Below are positions 1 through 13,740 of a stretch of 64,000 nucleotides of DNA, piece after piece; the stretch's first letter is position 1, and every line of letters begins with the position of its first letter. This DNA comes from Eledone cirrhosa (taxonomy: Eukaryota), in contig OZ024740.1 of assembly GCA_964016885.1 (NCBI GenBank), positions 413,168,001 through 413,232,000 of the forward strand, given 5' to 3'. Made by a program: the position numbers and the translations under genes. The notes under the pieces were generated by a model. The model made no database searches. It had not been told where the DNA came from and saw only the letters and a list, made by a program, of their open reading frames with translations.

Positions 1-152
1 TTTTTATCAGCAAAGAATTCTACAAGACGTAATTTTCGACAGAATTCGTGGGTATCCTCCTTCAGTTCTTGGTGGTTGACTGTTGGAGTCGGTGTGAATT
101 TCAGTCCTTTTGACAGAATTTGCATTTCATCATTGTCAAGATCTCTTTTAGA
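1..152 (-). pseudogene. N-terminal coding fragment of a Penelope-like element ORF (continues off the left edge)
   Basis: Manual minus-strand translation gives SKRDLDNDEMQILSKGLKFTPTPTVNHQELKEDTHEFCRKLRLVEFFADK, matching the LSKGLxFxPTP...FxRxLRL N-terminal motif of PLE RT proteins. Not in the ORF track. Confidence 0.8.
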
Positions 153-865
153 GACCCAAATGTCCGTCAGATACCCCTAAGCGGCCACCTGGCAACATGT
201 GGTCAGGGAATATTTATAATATTCCCATTCTATAAATTACACAGCCCAAGTGAAATCAAGAGAAAAATCAAAGAAAAGAATTTTATTGATAAATTCAAAC
301 CCAAGCTAAATGAACAATAATAACGCCTAGGGGTATTACTTCTACTACCACTATGACCACGACCACTAACAACAACAACAACAACAACAACAACAATAAT
401 AATAATAATAATAAAAGTGATGTTGATGGTGATGATTAATAGAAAATGCTATTTTCATCATTTCAAAAAGCAAAACAATTGATACGTTGGGTATGACTAT
501 TGGTCGTTAGCATGCTCAACCAGCCGTGACGCTTAAACCAATCAGCTGTAGTAATTCAGTGAAACTACACACTGATTGGTCGAAATACAGTTTACAGGGC
601 TTTGCATTCTGGAGCCACTTTTCTCTGTATAAAATGTATAAAAGGTAGTAAATTTACCCATCTCATTACAGTTGAAAATTGCAAACTCGACTGTCACCAC
701 ATATCATGAACCTGAAGATTGCGAAAGCATGAAAGTACTTGTCCAATTAACACTTAGAATTTAATATTCTATCATACTATTTCATTATAATACCATATTA
801 TATATATTTTAAAGGATTGTAAATAAAACGAGTAAATCAGACAAAGTTGGAATTCCTCTTATTAA
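150..865 (+). mobile_element. Inverted 3' end (pseudo-LTR) of a Penelope-like element: GIY-YIG C-terminus plus 3' UTR, ending at (TA)n
   Basis: ORF 120..320 ends RQIPLSGHLATCG..F.IFPFYKL...KRKIKEKNFIDKFKPKLN, like a PLE endonuclease C-terminus (R..KE..FI..F.P.LN). An HHR-like motif lies at ~708-745 and the segment abuts (TA)n at ~865. Confidence 0.75.
708..745 (+). ncRNA. Minimal type I hammerhead ribozyme motif
   Basis: CTGAAGA-t-TGC-gaaa-GCA-t-GAAA, then a palindromic AGTACT in stem III. Stem I is weak. Confidence 0.6.
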
Positions 866-998
866 TATATATATATATATATATATATATTTCTCTGTGT
901 GTGAGTGCGTGTGTGTGCATGTATATATACATGTATGTATGTATATATGAAGAGAGAGAGAGACGAAGAGAGAAAGCTAGAGATTGAGAGAAATACAA

Positions 999-1099
<101 letters not shown>

Positions 1100-3091
1100 C
1101 ATTTATATATACATACATACGTTTCTCTGTATGCGTGAACGTGTGGTTACACAAATTGCATTTCGCTATACATTTATAATGAATTTGTTTTCTGTCAGTA
1201 ATTGATTCTCTCGGGGCTACACAACAGACTTCCTTTTATTCATCATAATAGAATCGTTATTAATATAATTTAATTACGATAGAAAATATTTTAAAGAAAT
1301 GTCACAAGATTAATATTAGCGCAAAAAGTTGCAGTATTTTTTAGTTTATTAATCCTTTGTTGTAAGATGTATACAGCTCTGCACATTTTATTGATTCCAA
1401 CAGAGAAGGAACATTGATATTTATATATATTGTAAACGGAATCTAAATGATTAATGTAAACCAAAGTAATTCTAGTTTCTATCATAAAACGTATGTGTTT
1501 GTACCATTATAAAATCCAGGAATATCTATTCCTTACTGCTTAGGTTTAATATGAGCGATATATGACTGATGTCATTGTTCTAAACAAAAGGTCTCATTTA
1601 AATTTTAATCAATTTGATTTCAAAGTTGTCTCTCTTGTCTCCCATGACAAGAAATATCTTCAACGCTAATATTTAGTGTCTTTATTTATTGTAGATTTTA
1701 TATAAAATTTATTTAAAATGTTGGATGTTCATGAATACAGGTAATTAATTTGAACAAACTGTTGGAATAGATTATCAGTTATGTTAATGAGTTTTAATTT
1801 CATTACTGTTTAAATTTAAATTGATTTAGAAGCCGTTATTTCACAATATCTTGTGCTTGTAATTGTGATCCATGGATAGTTTTCCTATGCCATTTTTAAT
1901 TAAGTGTTGATATGTCTCATATGTCATGCCGTTGTTTTTTGTTCGATGGGGTGGAATATATACACCTTATCTATCTCTGAATGAGTGTCTCTCGAAACCC
2001 AGTTTCTGACACACCTTTCCTTTGCAGGCAACAGATAATATTAGAAGCATAATCTCTTGGTAACAAATGGAAAACCTACTATAAGCAGAGAAATGTCTGT
2101 TTACCATTCTATCAAAGAAGGTATTAATGTACCATAACGAAAGCAGCATAAGAAGAGACCTACGCAATGCTACTGTCATGATAATATGACATGCACAGGA
2201 AACGACTAGCTCGAGCCCAATAAATGAGATCAACAAAGCAGCAAATATCACAACACAGTTTTCCTTGTAGATTCATCTCTCGTTCTGAACCAACTCTCCA
2301 GTTAGTTCTGATATGGGGTAAGTTTGGACTTAATATTAATTTCCCTTCTAAATCACAAATTCAGTAGCAATCTTCTAATTACCCTAACTGAATGTCACGC
2401 GTCTTCACTTCTCATATTTCATTTCTCTATTAACCACCCAAACATCTCCAGTCATGATCAATGTTTTGATAGTCCATTTATGTAATTAAGACATCTATCA
2501 CACGTTATGTCTCACTGAAAATCATCCATTCAACGTACAAATGTCTCGACTCATACATTTGTAAATCGATCATTTGAAGTATCAATATTTCTGACTCACA
2601 TTAACACTAAAATACAAGTTGGACTTTTATCATCATGGAATTCATTTTTTAAAATCATATCCCTTCCCATCTCCCCATCGAATTCTTTGACTAGTGTCTA
2701 ATCAAGTTAACACAGTTCGTAATATCCTCACGTCGACACTAACAACAATAATCCATCTCAAATAAGTGTATTTGTATTTAAATGTCCAACGTCTAACAGA
2801 TCCTCCCAACTTAAACTCCAAACACAACATTAATTGCGGAATATGTGTACCATCCGATGTTTGGCCATTCCTCGACACTAAATTCTATTGCTTCAATATA
2901 GGAACCAAATTCTGTGTCATATGATGAAGTGGTTGAGTGTTGTAAACTTAGTCTTGCCATATAGGTATCTGGTATTTTCAACATTGAATATCCATGAAAG
3001 GGATACACTGCCTTTTAAAAGGGAAGAATAAAGGGAAGCTACGCGACGAAAAGTCAACTAATATTATATATAAATGTATTTATATACAATA

Positions 3092-3282
3092 GGACGGTGT
3101 ATTGGCAGTATCGGTAGAGGGTCGGACGCCATGCTTTGCAGCAAAGAGTTACGGCCCTTTATGGTCTGAGTTCAAATCCCGCCGAGGTTAAGTTTGCCTT
3201 TCATCCCTACGGGGTCGATAAAATAAAGCACCAGTAAAACACTGGAATAATTGCTGGCCTTGTGCCAAAAGTAGAAACAATT
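3092..3282 (+). mobile_element. tRNA-derived SINE, family A
   Basis: Box A-like TGGCAGTATCGG, box B GTTCAAATCC, central GCCTTTCATCC..GGGGTCGATAAAATAAAG, tail CCTTGTGCCAAAAGTAGAAACAATT. Ten copies in the window. Confidence 0.9.
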
Positions 3283-3564
3283 ATATATAAAGGTATTTAG
3301 TGTTTTGTTCTTACAAAGAAGAACGGCTTAAATTATTTCCACCTTCAAAACAAAATAAAATTATTTCTGCTTGAGAGAAATAATATATAAACAACTCCAA
3401 ATAAGAGTTTGGGCCACCGGAGAGAAAATCAATAAATAAAACTGTTAGTCTCACTTCATAAACCTCCGTCATTTAAGATACAGAAATGTTTAACTAGATG
3501 TACTAAATAAACAATTCCTCACACGTCATACAAATTAATTTCTCTAAAATTTTGTAATGATTAT

Positions 3565-3620
3565 AATTGTTTCTACTTTAGGCACAAGGCCAGCAATTAC
3601 CCAGTGCATTACTGGTACTT
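3565..3620 (-). mobile_element. 5'-truncated family A SINE
   Basis: Reverse complement of the SINE 3' end, flanked by the TSD TGTAATGATTATAAT. Confidence 0.85.
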
Positions 3621-3779
3621 GTGTAATGATTATAATGAAACTGAGACAATGTGAAAAGGAAATTGACCCTTGAATACGAACACACACGTTCCCGAAAATA
3701 CAGGGTTTACTACAAACAGTCAATACAACATTAACACAAAATCGTTAAATACTATTTCTCAAATTCTTTCACACACATG

Positions 3780-4400
<621 letters not shown>

Positions 4401-4635
4401 CACGCACACATACACACACACAACGACACACACGAGAAATTAATTATCGTAGTAGACATCTTTGATAAAAAGGATCAAATCGCATATATTTAAATATCTG
4501 TAGCCTGCTCCCTTTAATACACAATAACCAAATGAAATATTGATGATCACACTAAAGAATATATTTAGGGAATGAAACCTGTGTCGATAAAATAAATAAT
4601 GTATTAATTGTTGAGAGTTGCTGATGTATTTCTTG

Positions 4636-4703
<68 letters not shown>

Positions 4704-4724
4704 ATATATAACCATGTCCATTAC

Positions 4725-4760
4725 GAGCTGAGGATCCGCTAACGTGAAACAATTGTTCTC
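4725..4760 (+). ncRNA. Minimal type I hammerhead motif in a short insert between TA/TG arrays
   Basis: GAG-CTGAGGA-tcCGctaaCGt-GAAAC-AATT-GTT-CTC: stem I GAG/CTC, palindromic ACAATTGT, weak stem II. Confidence 0.6.
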
Positions 4761-4790
4761 GGTATGGTGAACTAACTGTTGTGTAACCAC

Positions 4791-4855
<65 letters not shown>

Positions 4856-4862
<7 letters not shown>

Positions 4863-5062
4863 GTGAGGTTTTTTTACAAAATGAAAAATAACCGAGGTGT
4901 CCTACACGAGTGAAAGTATAAAGAAAAAAAGATGAAATCGAAAATGCAACTGGAGTCTTATTTTTAAAAAAATATATATATTTATTTGGTTCCTTTACCG
5001 GTTTCGCAGTTCTTCTGCTTTTCAAAAGTAGAGTTGAGATGGAGGGTCTGTGGTTTTTCTCA
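4856..5062 (-). mobile_element. ~205-bp (TA)n-anchored PLE-type terminus with a U3-A8 hammerhead (copy 1)
   Basis: Nearly identical to 44083-44287, with both copies abutting (TA)n. HHR motif at 4993-5028 on the minus strand. Confidence 0.7.
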
Positions 5063-5064
5063 CA

Positions 5065-5095
<31 letters not shown>

Positions 5096-5184
5096 GGATC
5101 GATCGACTTTCGTCAAATCGGACCGAGGAAGCAATGTTTTCGTCGGTCATTCGAGTTGCTAATACTATCTATCGGTCGCAACTC

Positions 5185-5318
5185 CAGGTAGAAGGAACAA
5201 CTTGAAATAAAGTGTCTTGCTCAAGGACATAACGCATTGCCCGGTCGAGGAATCGATCTCACAACCTCAAGATTGAGAATCCAATCCAATTCTCAAACCA
5301 CTCAGCCACATGCCTCCA
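5185..5318 (-). mobile_element. Second tRNA-derived SINE family (CORE-like), 5' part
   Basis: Minus strand reads GTGGAGGCATGTGGCTGAGTGG (box A) ... GATCGATTCC (box B-like) ... TGTCCTTGAGCAAGACACTTTAT (CORE-like segment). Confidence 0.7.
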
Positions 5319-5319
5319 C

Positions 5320-5411
<92 letters not shown>

Positions 5412-6167
5412 CAAGTGTCCAGACGCAGAAGCACATTCGAACACATATATACCCAGTCAAAATGAAAATGAAAAGAATATACGCATACATCCACCTACGC
5501 TAATACAGATAGCTGTCTACGAGCGTATATTTTGGTAGAGAAAAAGAATAGACGACAAAGAGAAATTAGAAAAACGACAAAAGAAGATATATAAGCAGAC
5601 TTTATAGATAGAGACTGAGATAGAAATAATGTACTTCGAATTAGTTGAAGTTATTTTAGATACGAAATTAGAAAATCCTTCTAAAAATTTACATTTATCC
5701 ATAATAATAATATCATTGAATAGCGTTACCGTTTTTGTTCACGTAAATCCACTTCAATCATGAAATATTAACTTACTGCAGTCATATCAGAGAGTAGGAT
5801 ACAAAAGCTACAGTTTATTATTAGGCAAATTAGAGGTAGATTTATTTTAGAGGGCGGCTATAATAGGAGAGGTTATCTCCTTAACATTGACTGTAGACTT
5901 TAGAGGGGGGTGTGCTTCGGCCGGCAAAATAATCAATCAGGAGACTAGTTGATATGTTAGTAGCAGAAAAGATAATCAGTCTAGTCAATTACGAAATTAA
6001 CCTTTAGACTCTAGCTTACCACTTAATGGATAAGTTACAGTTACGAATGCCACTTTAATTGATTGCTTTTTAAAAACTGGTGGACACAGGCGTTTGTTTT
6101 TGGCGTCCTCTGGACAGCTCTGCTGAGGTAATTTGCCAATTCAACTGATCTCTCTCCCACCTTCTCC

Positions 6168-6226
<59 letters not shown>

Positions 6227-6502
6227 AATTCTTATACACATATATATATAAAAAATTGTGTGCGTATAATAATTTATATATATATGTTGTTTTTGTGTGT
6301 ATATATATATATTGCTAAATGTATATGGTCGACCTAGACGGCGAGAAGATAAAAAGGTAAAAAAGCATTGCAATGAAGACGTGCGTATAAACTAGTTCTG
6401 TATGTATACCTACAATGGATAGAAATAGAGTTCAACCACACCTACGTATATAAAACCCTGAAACACAAGCGCATGAATATATGTATATATATATATATAT
6501 AT

Positions 6503-6860
6503 AAGAAAAAAGGAAGTGTGATAAGTAACCAGGTGGACCATAACACCAAAGTGCTCGTAACTGGGTAGTAGAGTGGGTAATAAGAAAAGTGTCAGGACTC
6601 CGACGGCTGAGCTCCTCCGGTCGTTTCGACAGCCAGGTCTGAACTGTCGAAACGGCTGATACTTAAATCTTTTCCTATATATATCTAGATATAGATATAT
6701 ATAGGAAAAGTGTCAGGACCCAACAGCTAAGCTCCGGCTGTTTATTGTACGTCTGTATACATACATGTATGTACGTATACATACTTAAATTTAGGTATCA
6801 GCCGTACTAAGAGTGAGAAATGAAATTTCGTTTCATTCTTTTCCATTTATCGTTTTCGGT
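6503..6860. repeat. Rearranged (TA)n-associated repeat terminus with short fold-backs
   Basis: Shares GAC.CCGACGGCTGAGCTC..G.CGTTTCGAC.GC with 31851-31910 and 40590-40752. Palindrome at ~6670-6710. Segment 6746-6849 is repeated at 7212-7315. Confidence 0.6.
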
Positions 6861-7128
6861 ACGTCCGGCCGACTAACTCACTCGATATACAAAGTAGGCT
6901 GCTCGGCCGTTAATATGCATAAGGAAAGTATATACTTTCAAACGTTCAATCATCTAACAGGAAGGTATACGATGCTGACGATAGCTAATAAGCTTGAAAC
7001 TAGTACAATGTTCCTGTGTTAGTGTTGAACAAAATGGCAACGATGGTTGCCGAACACTGTACGGCTTAATTCGGGCTGTTTTTTACAAACAAACCGAACA
7101 TTATAATAAATGTTCGGTAAACCCATAC

Positions 7129-7187
<59 letters not shown>

Positions 7188-10100
7188 TGTATGTATATAT
7201 ATACATAGTACTGTACGTCTGTATACATATATGTATGTAAGTATACATATTTATATTTAAGTATCAGCCGCACTAAGAGTGAGAAATGAAATTTCGTTTC
7301 ATTCTTTTCCATTTATAAATATATATATATATATATATATATCATAATAACAAATTTTATCTTTCATCGAGATAGAATGAGAGAGATCGAGTTCCAAATA
7401 TAGAAATGGTGGTCATGTATGTATTACATCACTTTTCAGAGACAAAGTATTTTTCAATATATATTCCTTCAATATATCATTAACACACAATGTTGAAGAT
7501 ATACAGTTCAAAAACTGTATGCCGAGAGTATACATTGAAAACCATATAATATGCATGGATATTGGCAGATGTTGGCTGGTTGACAGTGTTAAAATATGTG
7601 GCAGAATGAGAAATGGAGAAAGCATGCTAACGATTAAGAAGCAGTAAAGTTGAGGTGGATGTTGGATGTAAGGTTAGGATAGGGTTTATGGTTCAGTAGA
7701 TAAACACTTGAGATAGCGTTTGTCGTAAGACATTGGAAAATTAAAATATGTTTCACAGGATGTTCATAGTACCCTCTCTATATTCATCAATTCATCTTTT
7801 ATGTTCATATAATTAAAAGGTCTTTGATAAATCGACACAAATTACAAACAGCTGAAAACTGATGTACGTCAAACGACATATCACCTGAAAAAGACATTAT
7901 TTCCCCCACCTTGCGAATAACATTATCTCCATGAGGTATATTGTAGCAAAGGCTACACTCATAGGGAATATATACAGGAAGCGAATGAAACAGTAACTTG
8001 CTAGGCAGCCAAACATCTCTCCATATAATAAGCCCATACATAGAGGATGATGGAGTGTTCTTAAATTAGATAATGGCAAGATACAAATATGATGTTTTAT
8101 CTATGAATCCCTACCAATCGATTGATAGTTTGTCAAACATCAGATTTAAGGCAATATATTGCTGTGGATTTTGATGATATCTGTTAATTCTCGTTTTCTT
8201 TCGGTTGTACATAGTTGTTGGTTTAATTTCACATCATCATCATTATGTATTATGTGTCTGGTCAGAGCCTTATTGTGCCAACGAACACGTACAATGCTAT
8301 ATCACATTACTTCCGTGTATTTCGAATTTTGATCATCTAAAATATCATGGTCTCCAAGATACATTAATATATATGCATCTTTATTTTGACATCTGATATT
8401 CAGAATACCTAATATACACCATACACTCAGACGTCTATACTGCTAAAGTAGTTTTGTAATTCCGAAAAATAGAAATGATGTCACCGATATAGAGTTAGTG
8501 AAGCGTAAACATGTGGGAAGATGATGTAGGAAAAGGTGAGATTTTTACAAAGGGAGATTAAATATCAACGAGTATTTGTATATTTTAAAGTCTCCTATGA
8601 AACAAATAACATTCCTATGATTTCATGTTCTTGTCCTAAAGTAAAGAAGAATTCATGCTTTATAGTATAATTCAGAATGCTCGAAATGGCAACAACAATA
8701 ATACTATGTATATCTATATTTCATTTGAAACATTGTTTACATTCACATCAAATTTCTATAAAATTTCTATCAATAATGAACATTCTCGTTACTACAAAAT
8801 CAACCTTAATTGGATATGCTTAATATTAATATTCGTTCAATCAAGTACCATCGTCTTATATCGTAAAAGCAACATAAATTGATTCAAGGAATATTTTGCT
8901 GTTATTTCTATTATAGACGATCGACTACGCAGAGCTTGCCTCCTTGAGCGCTATGTATTTCAAATAGGTAATGTAATCCACTCTGATGCACTGCAGAAAT
9001 AATTGAGGAATGGGATATTCTGAATAGAATGTAGTCCAATATGAACTGTGTGATATAATACGTATCTGTAGCTTGCACAAGTGATTCCTCTATAGCATGG
9101 AATGAAATAAATCTTCTAAATGAAGTTTGGTACCCTTATACTCTCGTTAAGTCCTGCTCGGAAACTAAATAATATAACTAGTGACAATCCAGGCGTTCTA
9201 CAAAGAATGAAAAAATTCAATTATTGTATGAATTCTCATATGTAATGTACTTTAATCTTTTGGGTGAGAAAAATATGAACATTTGATAATATAAACATAT
9301 ATTTAATATAATCCTGTTTGCTTTCATTGTTATTTTGCCTCAGTTCAGCATTGACTGAAATAACCCATAAGTAAAGGCGCTGACAAATTGGACTTTTCTT
9401 CGGGGGAATGATATATATTATTATCCAGTGATTTAAAACGATTTGGCTACTAATGATAGCATTTCATTGTTATTTAGCACCACGTCAACAATGATCTAGG
9501 AGACCTGTAATAAAAGGCGTACAAGTCGAGAAAGTCATATCATTTATTCAGTTTATTCATGACTAAAGTAAACAGGGCTGCCAAATGTTTAGTAATGACC
9601 CTATAATGTGAATTGTGGGCTATTTGGCTGCGTTTTCTGACAGTTCTATTATAGTTCAATATATAGTTTCTTTCGTCAGTTAAATAAAGCTTTCCTGTAT
9701 AAAGAGCACAAGACATATTATCTCCTGTGTATTGTTCTGCCGATTTCACGCTGCTTTACTATATTTTTACATCCAAAATATATATGTCATGTCACTGCCT
9801 AATGTTACATCTTACATAATTCAGTTCGTTTAGATAAGTATCTATGGTTATGAACATCAATATACAAGATTGGGATTCAATGGTATCACCTATAAAAATA
9901 TACAAAAGTAACTCATGAAGCTTACATTCCATTCACATTTTTTATCACGTCCAACAGTAATTACACAAATTGAAATTGAGTGTACGTAATCATTCTTGTC
10001 GAAGATCAGGGAAGCTTTCGGCATTTCATATATTTCTGTTATACTTTAAATCTTTTCTTTACCTTGTTTGGAATACAGTAACTAATATTCAAATAGAAAG

Positions 10101-12702
10101 TGTTAGAATGAAATCCATGCGGCAGAACATGAATTAATATTTACAATTGAGAAATCGGCCCAATATAGAAAGATAAAGAACTAACTTACCACATCCACGC
10201 TCTCTTATTTTGTGTTGAAATTCTGTGATGAATTAGTTCATTTACATCTGAAATTATATTGCTTTCTTCTGGCTGGAAAAACTTAAAATTCAGTAGCAAC
10301 GTATTAAATCCCATGAAAAGTATTTCTGAATTCAAAGTAAACAAAAGCACCAAGAAAGCAATAGAATTATACAAGAGTAAACGTGTTAAGTACTTCGGAA
10401 ATATATTTAGATAGATTTCGATTGTTGGGATTTCCATTCGCACCAGCCATTTTCTCTTCATACATCATGTGACTAAGCAAAACAAAGCATTTAGTGATAA
10501 AGGCAGTGTGTAGTGATACAATAGTTCGTTATTTTTATATCTGTATATAAATAATCGATGTCGAATAACATATCTTAGCAGTTGCGAACAAATACACTTT
10601 TATACCTTCTACAAATTATATTTCCATCTCTCTAATATAGAATCATGTATATCAAGGACAGAAACGATTCCATAAATATCAAGAAACACCAGAACTGCCA
10701 CATAATAGTTGATAGATACACAATAACGAGTTACACAATTCCCTATATTAGAAGGCCTTGTCTACTTTTTCAACCAAGAGATAAACGTTGATGATTGTTT
10801 TAATAACATGCTGGATTACAAGCTGAGTAGATGACAAATTGGTTTCTCTTTCAAGTATTTCAGTACGGCCATTGCTGAACGAAATTACAATGTAATCAGG
10901 TAACAAGTATCCGTTCATAAACAATAGTTATTAATTCCATTGTAATTATTTCGACTAATTAGAATGTTATGTTGAAAAATACTTCTGCCAATATAAGAGT
11001 AGAATACATCTGGAGACGAAAAATAAGATGCAACGATTCATTCGTATAAGACTAAGTTTAACATGTTAATGAATATTTGAGGAGCAATTATAGGCAAGTA
11101 CAACTTTATCAAAGCGTTGATATCTATAATAAATAGTTGAATATACCGAGCAGAGTTGACAGAAACGTCCATGACGCAAAGTGAGCACGTTTAATCATTA
11201 CTTTAAAGGGCTCTTGGCCGATAATTAAGATGGAATTAGAAGATTCAGGTGTGTAACTAAAGTTCTGAACACCCCGCTGTCATGTGAATTATGAAAATAT
11301 AGTCGCTAATATGCAGTTAATAATTGATAATAATTTATGGCTTAATAATTATTATGCCAAAGTCCCCTGGGCACTAATTACCATTTATTCAGCTGACTTA
11401 ATTGTGAAGCTAAAAGTATAAGTATTCGGTTGATTTACAAAACATTGGTGATATTGAAAATTGAAAATATAGCCACGAAAGTACAGGCGACCCTGTCCCC
11501 TTTCCCGTCTCCATGAATGATTTACCCAATCTAGCCATCTATTATTCAGCGCTATTTATGTTTCTACATTATGGAGACACTAAACTAGAATTTAAATTTC
11601 TCAATGTTTTGCAAGTCAACTGAATATATAAATATTAAGCTATACGCTTAAATATTAGTAAACAAGGGCCTTCGGGCTTTATTGTTAAACGCACTCAACC
11701 GGAATATAAACGAGGTGTACCGATCCATCGCAAGCGCCATTGTTCACATTTTCCCGTCTCTAGAGGTACATAACCCGATTTATTCAAATATTACTTATAA
11801 TTTTCATCCAATAGTATAGCTTCCTGCTTTGTGTCAACTATATTTTTCAAATTTCAAACATAAATGTTTTGTTAATTCAAGACTCAATCAAATAGTGTCA
11901 TGACTTTAACTTCGTTTCGAGTTCCAGGGCATTTTTCGAATCCTGTGCTCCAATCTAATTTCGATTTCGGAAAAAGTTCTGATTTGATAAAATGTACTTT
12001 CAGAATGTCACAAAAATTGAAAATAGCTGTAAACTAAAATCTTTAATCATCTTTTGAAAACAACGATCACTTTAATAGAGTGTTTCTATAATGCGCATTA
12101 CTTTCCATAATGCAATTTTCTAAGGAAGAATATTGAACGAAGTTTAAAGAAGCCGCACACAATACATCAATACCAGCGGATAATTTCAAACTAAAGAAAC
12201 ATTTGAAAGGAATTAGCTATGTTAGAAATATGGCATAATCTAAACTTTAAGAACCAAAGTTCCATAAAGTGAGAGTATTAATAAAGAAAAATAATATAAA
12301 CAAAAAGAATACTTAATTGAGCATGAAGTGTTAGTAGTGTGTAAGAGATTAAATGGGAAGACGGTACGTTAATGCATTTTCCGAATAGTATTATTGCAGT
12401 AACTGAACCCATTGCAACTGTAAATTGGAACTAAATCGTAGGATCTATTCACTTAATATTATACTAACCTGCAACGTAGTCTGTTAAATACGCTAAAGAA
12501 TTTGAATGGCAGATATAATTGTTTTTATCTATAAATACAGTTGGAAATGGCATACAGTCTGCATAGGATCAAACATTGTTATGTGGATGAAAAGAATTGG
12601 TAACATTGCATATGGTTCTCTATTGCTGAAAATACTAATCAGCACAGACTTATTATGTGCCAAAAAAATTACGAAACCATGCATATATAGACTAATGTAC
12701 GT

Positions 12703-12792
<90 letters not shown>

Positions 12793-13140
12793 CCCCCCAC
12801 ACACACACACGCATACACGCACACGGGCGTAAATATATATATAGATATAAATATTTCTCGAAACGCCATTCAGAAAAGTCTGCAGCATATCTGTTGGAAG
12901 TGAATATTAGGAATTTTAACTTTCGAAACGGTGCAATGAAAAAGGTTTCAGTAAGAAGAGTCCAATATTCCTATATTAGCCATACATAGGTCACAACATA
13001 TATCCTCGTATAGACGACGGTGGATGGGTAAAACTACATATAGTCAGATTAAAAACACTGTGATGGAGCTTAGTAGTGCACATTTACCTTCCTCGACGAT
13101 TTTTATGGCCAATGATCGTCGTGATAACTCATTATTTTCG

Positions 13141-13330
13141 GGGCGGTGGATTGGCAGTATTGGTAGAGTGACGGACACCATGATTTGACGCATAGAGTTA
13201 CGGCACTTGCCATTTTGAGTTCAAATCCCGCCGAGATTACCTTTGCCTTTCATCCTTACCAGGTCGATAAAATAAAGTACCAGTAATGCACTGGGTAATT
13301 TTTGGCCTTGTGCCAAAAGTTGAAACAATT
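13141..13330 (+). mobile_element. Family A SINE, full length
   Basis: Consensus match, TSD ATTATTTTCGG. Confidence 0.92.
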
Positions 13331-13550
13331 ATTTTCGGAATGTTCATAAATATTTAAGGTGTTGGTGTAACTCGACTTGAAATATAAGGGTGTCATTTGA
13401 CGAACCTTTGGAAACTGTTTTTAGCATATTATGCTCTCATATATAGGAACCCACATTTGTAAGTGTAATGTGTGTAATATTGTGTGGTTACAAGGGAACT
13501 CTTTCGTATCTAATTCTGTGTCGGATAAGGAGCCTTGCATTAAGTATATA

Positions 13551-13740
13551 GGGTGGTGGATTGCCAGTACCGGTAGAGGGTCGGACGACATGCTTTGCAG
13601 CATAGAGTTACGCTCCTTTATGATCTGAGTTCAAATCCCGCCCAGGTTAAATTTGCCTTTCATCCATTACATGGCCGATAAAATAAAGTAACAGTAATAC
13701 TGGGATAATTGATGGCCTTGTGCCAAAAGTAGAAACAATT
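13551..13740 (+). mobile_element. Family A SINE, full length
   Basis: Consensus match, TSD ATTAAGTATAT. Confidence 0.92.

Noticed and set aside
2028-2317. Plus-strand segment with a strong acceptor (TTTCCTTTGCAG) and donor (GGTAAGT)
   Set aside because: All three frames contain stops, so a coding exon cannot be supported.
3092-3190. SINE heads as tRNA genes
   Set aside because: A/B boxes are present but there is no cloverleaf, and they are always attached to the SINE body with TSDs.
4538-4590. Further HHR-like remnants (also ~17668, ~18840-18880 minus, ~45805-45840 minus)
   Set aside because: Cores or stems are too degenerate to call. They are probably decayed PLE termini.
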